From contig CAWCMR010000008.1 in assembly GCA_963796685.1 (NCBI GenBank), positions 96,001 through 160,000 of the forward strand: a stretch of 64,000 nucleotides of DNA. The letters are read 5' to 3'. Source of the DNA: an uncultured delta proteobacterium. Its GTDB lineage: Bacteria; Myxococcota_A; Polyangia; Fen-1088. The position numbers and the translations under genes were made by a program. Positions 62,019-64,000 of this stretch are shown here, piece after piece (positions within the stretch are counted from its first letter, which is position 1; the number at the start of each line of letters is the position of its first letter). Below the pieces are notes generated by a model. It saw only the letters and a list, made by a program, of their open reading frames with translations. It made no database searches and was not told where the DNA came from.

Positions 62019-63370
62019 TTCGTGGGGAAGAATTTCGCGGCCTCGGCCGCGAAACGGCCGTGGGGGTAACTGTCGAGGTAGCGTTCGATATCGGCCATGC
62101 CCGCTTCGCGCTCGCCGCAGCGGAGCCGGGCCACCCCGCGCCCCCACAGCGCGCGTTCGTGCCAGGCGGGCGAGCCCGAGACCAGCGCCAGGGCGTGATC
62201 GAAATCCGTGCTGGCCGCGAGCCAACGATGGACCGCCGCGCGCAGCTCGCCACGAACCACGAAGCGTTCGCCACTGCGCGGTAGCTCGTCGAGAGGCATG
62301 GTGTCCAATCTGGCCAGCGCCTCGCGGTCGCGATGGAGCGCGAGCAGGGCTTCGACTTGGAGGGCGTTGCGCTCGCCCGCAAGACCGCTACGCGGATAGA
62401 CCCTGGCATGCTCCTGTAGCGCGGCAAGGGCCGCAGCGGGATGGTTCTCCGTGCGCAGGTCACGCATGGCCCGGCCAAAGAGGGCCAGGTCGCTCTGCGG
62501 TGGAAGAGGAACGGGAACGACCACGGGCTTGGCGACCGCAACAGAGGGCATCGCCGGTGCCGGCAATCCGGCTGGCGTTGCGAGCACCGCAGGCGCCGCC
62601 ACCACGAACGACGCGGATGGGCTGGCCGGAAAAAGTGGGGATGGCTGGACTCGCGCGGCGGCCGGCTGCGTGGCAACAGGCGCCGCACGAGGAGCGCTCA
62701 ACGGAGCCGCAATCACGGGCGCCGTGCCCACCGGCACAGGCGCCGCGAGCGCAGGCGCGACATACGCCAAGAGCCTTGCTGGCCTTCGCGATGACCTGAC
62801 CGGCGTCTCCACGGCATCGACCGCCGCGCGCTCGAGCCCTACCGGCGCGGGTGGCTCCGCCGTCTCGGGCAGCACGGACCATCCTGCCGTGATCGCCCCG
62901 CCGGGGGGAGACAGCAACGGATCCGGAATCTCCGGCAATACGACCAGGGGCTCGACCGGGGACGCCGCTCCTTCGCTGGCGGCGGTTGTCTCGGGCGCGG
63001 AAAGCCCCCCTTCGCGGACGGCGGGCCGCACCCCATTTCGCCGGCGTTTGTGCGTGTCCTGTTTGGGCTCGGCGGGGCGCGCACTCGGCGCCTTCGTGCC
63101 CAAATCGGGAAGCAAGCCGAGCCGCTCGGCCGTCGCGAAGGCGACACCGCCTACCACCAACATGCCGAGAGCGGCCAGCACCGGCACCAGGCGCGCGCGG
63201 AGGCTCGGAGAGCGGGTTCGAAACAGGGTACGCACGATTCGCCTGCGCACCTGCCTCTTCTGCTCTTGCGAGAGAGCGTCGAGGTCAGCGGCGGCATCCA
63301 GCAGGGGCGCGATCGCTCCGAGATAGCGCTCGCGGAGGCCCTCGGAAGATGCATTCTTCGCGGCCCTCAT
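62015..63370 (-). CDS. membrane anti-sigma-like protein with Pro-rich linker and C-terminal TPR
   Basis: TM VLAALGMLVVGGVAFA; YPRSGLAGER, ERALWGRG, YLDSYPHGRFA. Confidence 0.78.
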   Translation of the reverse strand: MRAAKNASSEGLRERYLGAIAPLLDAAADLDALSQEQKRQVRRRIVRTLFRTRSPSLRARLVPVLAALGMLVVGGVAFATAERLGLLPDLGTKAPSARPAEPKQDTHKRRRNGVRPAVREGGLSAPETTAASEGAASPVEPLVVLPEIPDPLLSPPGGAITAGWSVLPETAEPPAPVGLERAAVDAVETPVRSSRRPARLLAYVAPALAAPVPVGTAPVIAAPLSAPRAAPVATQPAAARVQPSPLFPASPSASFVVAAPAVLATPAGLPAPAMPSVAVAKPVVVPVPLPPQSDLALFGRAMRDLRTENHPAAALAALQEHARVYPRSGLAGERNALQVEALLALHRDREALARLDTMPLDELPRSGERFVVRGELRAAVHRWLAASTDFDHALALVSGSPAWHERALWGRGVARLRCGEREAGMADIERYLDSYPHGRFAAEAAKFFPTK

Positions 63371-63957
63371 GCCTCGACCCTCCCTTGCAAACCTGTTAGC
63401 CGTTCGAGGAGCATCGCTCGCCCGCGATGGACGCGCACCCAAACCGCATTGGCGGTCAGCCCCAAAAGGTGTCCGACTTCCTCGGCCCCGGTGTTTTCGA
63501 TGTCGCACAGGATGACGGCCGTGCGGTACTTGTCGGGCAGCCAATCCAAGGCGGCGTAGAGCCTTTGCACCCGCTGCCTCTGCTCGACCACCTCGAGCGG
63601 CGTGGGGCTGGGCTGAACGACCGCGAGCTCGTGCGAGCGATGGAGCACATCGAGGCACTGTCTCAGCTTGCGGCGAAACCTCCGCTTGCGGACCACCAGC
63701 TCGGTGATTCGGAACAGCCACGTCGAGACCTTGGCCTCGCCACGAAACTCGCCACGCCGGCGAAGCGCGACCACGAAGACGTCGTGGACCAAGTCCTCGA
63801 CCTCCGCGCCGGGCCCGGCCAGCCGCCTGACCCATCGCTCGACCATCGGCTCGTAGCTCTCGTAGAGATGGTCGAAGAGCAGCTCCGGGTCGGAGGCCTC
63901 CAGCTCGGCCTTGATGGCCGGATGCTCGCCGCTGTCTTGAAGTTGCCCTTTGGACAT
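63367..63957 (-). CDS. ECF RNA polymerase sigma factor
   Basis: EDLVHDVF, FRGEAKVSTWLFRIT, LPDKYRTAVIL, VWVRVHRGR. Confidence 0.9.
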   Translation of the reverse strand: MSKGQLQDSGEHPAIKAELEASDPELLFDHLYESYEPMVERWVRRLAGPGAEVEDLVHDVFVVALRRRGEFRGEAKVSTWLFRITELVVRKRRFRRKLRQCLDVLHRSHELAVVQPSPTPLEVVEQRQRVQRLYAALDWLPDKYRTAVILCDIENTGAEEVGHLLGLTANAVWVRVHRGRAMLLERLTGLQGRVEA

Positions 63958-63969
63958 CCGTCTAGTCTC

Positions 63970-63994
63970 GTTCCTCGACCCAGGCCGACCTTAC
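63970..63994 (-). promoter_or_regulatory. candidate ECF autoregulatory promoter
   Basis: GTAAGG-N12-GAGGAAC, ending 12 nt before the sigma ATG. Confidence 0.5.
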
Positions 63995-64000
63995 GAACTA

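Overview
GC-rich bacterial DNA, most likely an uncultured Myxococcota (Polyangia-like) genome. This is inferred from ECF/FecR-TPR modules, Cys-rich lipoproteins, an Hsp70 paralog and a Pkn-type Ser/Thr kinase. Left to right: (1) an intact flagellar export/switch operon fliL-M-N-O-P-Q-R-flhB-A-F-G-fliA (minus strand) with a sigma54 promoter and two enhancer-like boxes; (2) a divergent hybrid histidine kinase pair behind a sigma28-type promoter; (3) a frameshifted nucleotidyltransferase/PhnW-like aminotransferase fusion; (4) lolA and ftsK; (5) an ECF sigma/FecR-TPR/putative beta-barrel triad; (6) exbBD-like genes, a sigma54-driven small Lys-rich secreted protein and a sigma54 two-component system; (7) LysR plus short-form leuA; (8) an Hsp70/J-protein/Ser-Thr kinase/lipoprotein cluster; (9) tRNA-Val(TAC) followed by an eroded island (DUF1016 remnant, vapBC, hipB with internally deleted hipA, a low-GC glycoside hydrolase); (10) ptsP, a membrane-anchored phosphomevalonate-kinase-like fusion, a macrodomain protein and a TAXI protein; (11) a second ECF triad whose sigma gene and downstream lipoprotein gene share a promoter motif. 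Several intergenic palindromic elements with 8-9 nt periodic arms occur. Many single-base insertions, including one in ftsK, look like long-read consensus errors. All calls come from reading motifs by eye; no searches were run.
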